NCBI RefSeq assembly: GCF_001194135.2 | Contig: NC_068993.1 | Span: forward strand, 43,598,113-43,662,112 | Origin: Octopus bimaculoides | Lineage: Eukaryota | Direction: 5' to 3' | DNA: 64,000 nucleotides | In this document: positions 63,859-64,000 of the stretch, one piece after another | Layout: each line of letters opens with the position of its first letter | Numbering within the stretch: position 1 is the first letter of the stretch | Notes under the pieces: model-generated | What the model was told of the DNA's origin: nothing | Database searches by the model: none | What the model saw: the letters and a program-made list of their open reading frames with translations, nothing else | Translations under genes and position numbers: made by a program

Positions 63859-63964
63859 TCAGAGTCCTTTCATTGCTCTTATTGACTTCATGAATAATTC
63901 TCTCGCTTCTTCAGCAGTGCATGCGTTTATTATTGGCATACTGACTGTCCCAGATACAACAAAA
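63859..63964 (-). CDS. Possible terminal exon of a convergent gene (FVVSGTVSMPIINACTAEEARELFMKSIRAMKGL*), product unknown
   Basis: Minus-strand AAACAG acceptor-like site, 34 open codons to TGA, higher GC than the flanks, followed by AT-rich sequence with AATAAA. No homology recognised. Confidence 0.35.
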
Positions 63965-64000
63965 CTGTTTCAGCACACAAGTTCACATTAAAAATCTTAC

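Noticed and set aside
63844-63982. Minus-strand frame with internal TGA (MHC*RSER...) as a selenoprotein
   Set aside because: No known Sec motif or SECIS is evident, and the neighbouring frame gives a cleaner uninterrupted exon candidate.

Overview
Eukaryotic, AT-rich, repeat-dense window with five N-gaps. The SINE, MITE and microsatellite content looks like an Octopus genome, which is recognition rather than proof. It is dominated by the 3' part of one + strand gene, the giant atypical cadherin Fat4 (orthologue of Drosophila fat). I reconstructed 18 exons (<1-48 to 54407-56097), all with GT-AG introns and fully compatible phases. They give 8,931 coding nt from position 3, or 2,976 aa: about 16 cadherin repeats, 4 EGF, LamG1, EGF, LamG2, a truncated EGF, a transmembrane helix and a Fat4-type cytoplasmic tail ending EEYV. 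The first exon and five internal exons are missing from the ORF track. The introns hold tRNA-derived SINE arrays, R4/Dong-like LINE 3' ends sitting in (TAA)n tracts, Tc1/mariner, hAT and piggyBac-type MITEs and a fold-back mariner relic. The most notable observations are a decayed duplicate of Fat4 exon 2 in the next intron, a furin consensus in LamG2, microsatellite-nucleated retroelement pile-ups, and a MITE whose core has amplified into a 4-unit array. A possible last exon of a convergent gene lies at the right edge. There are no prokaryotic features and no CRISPR.
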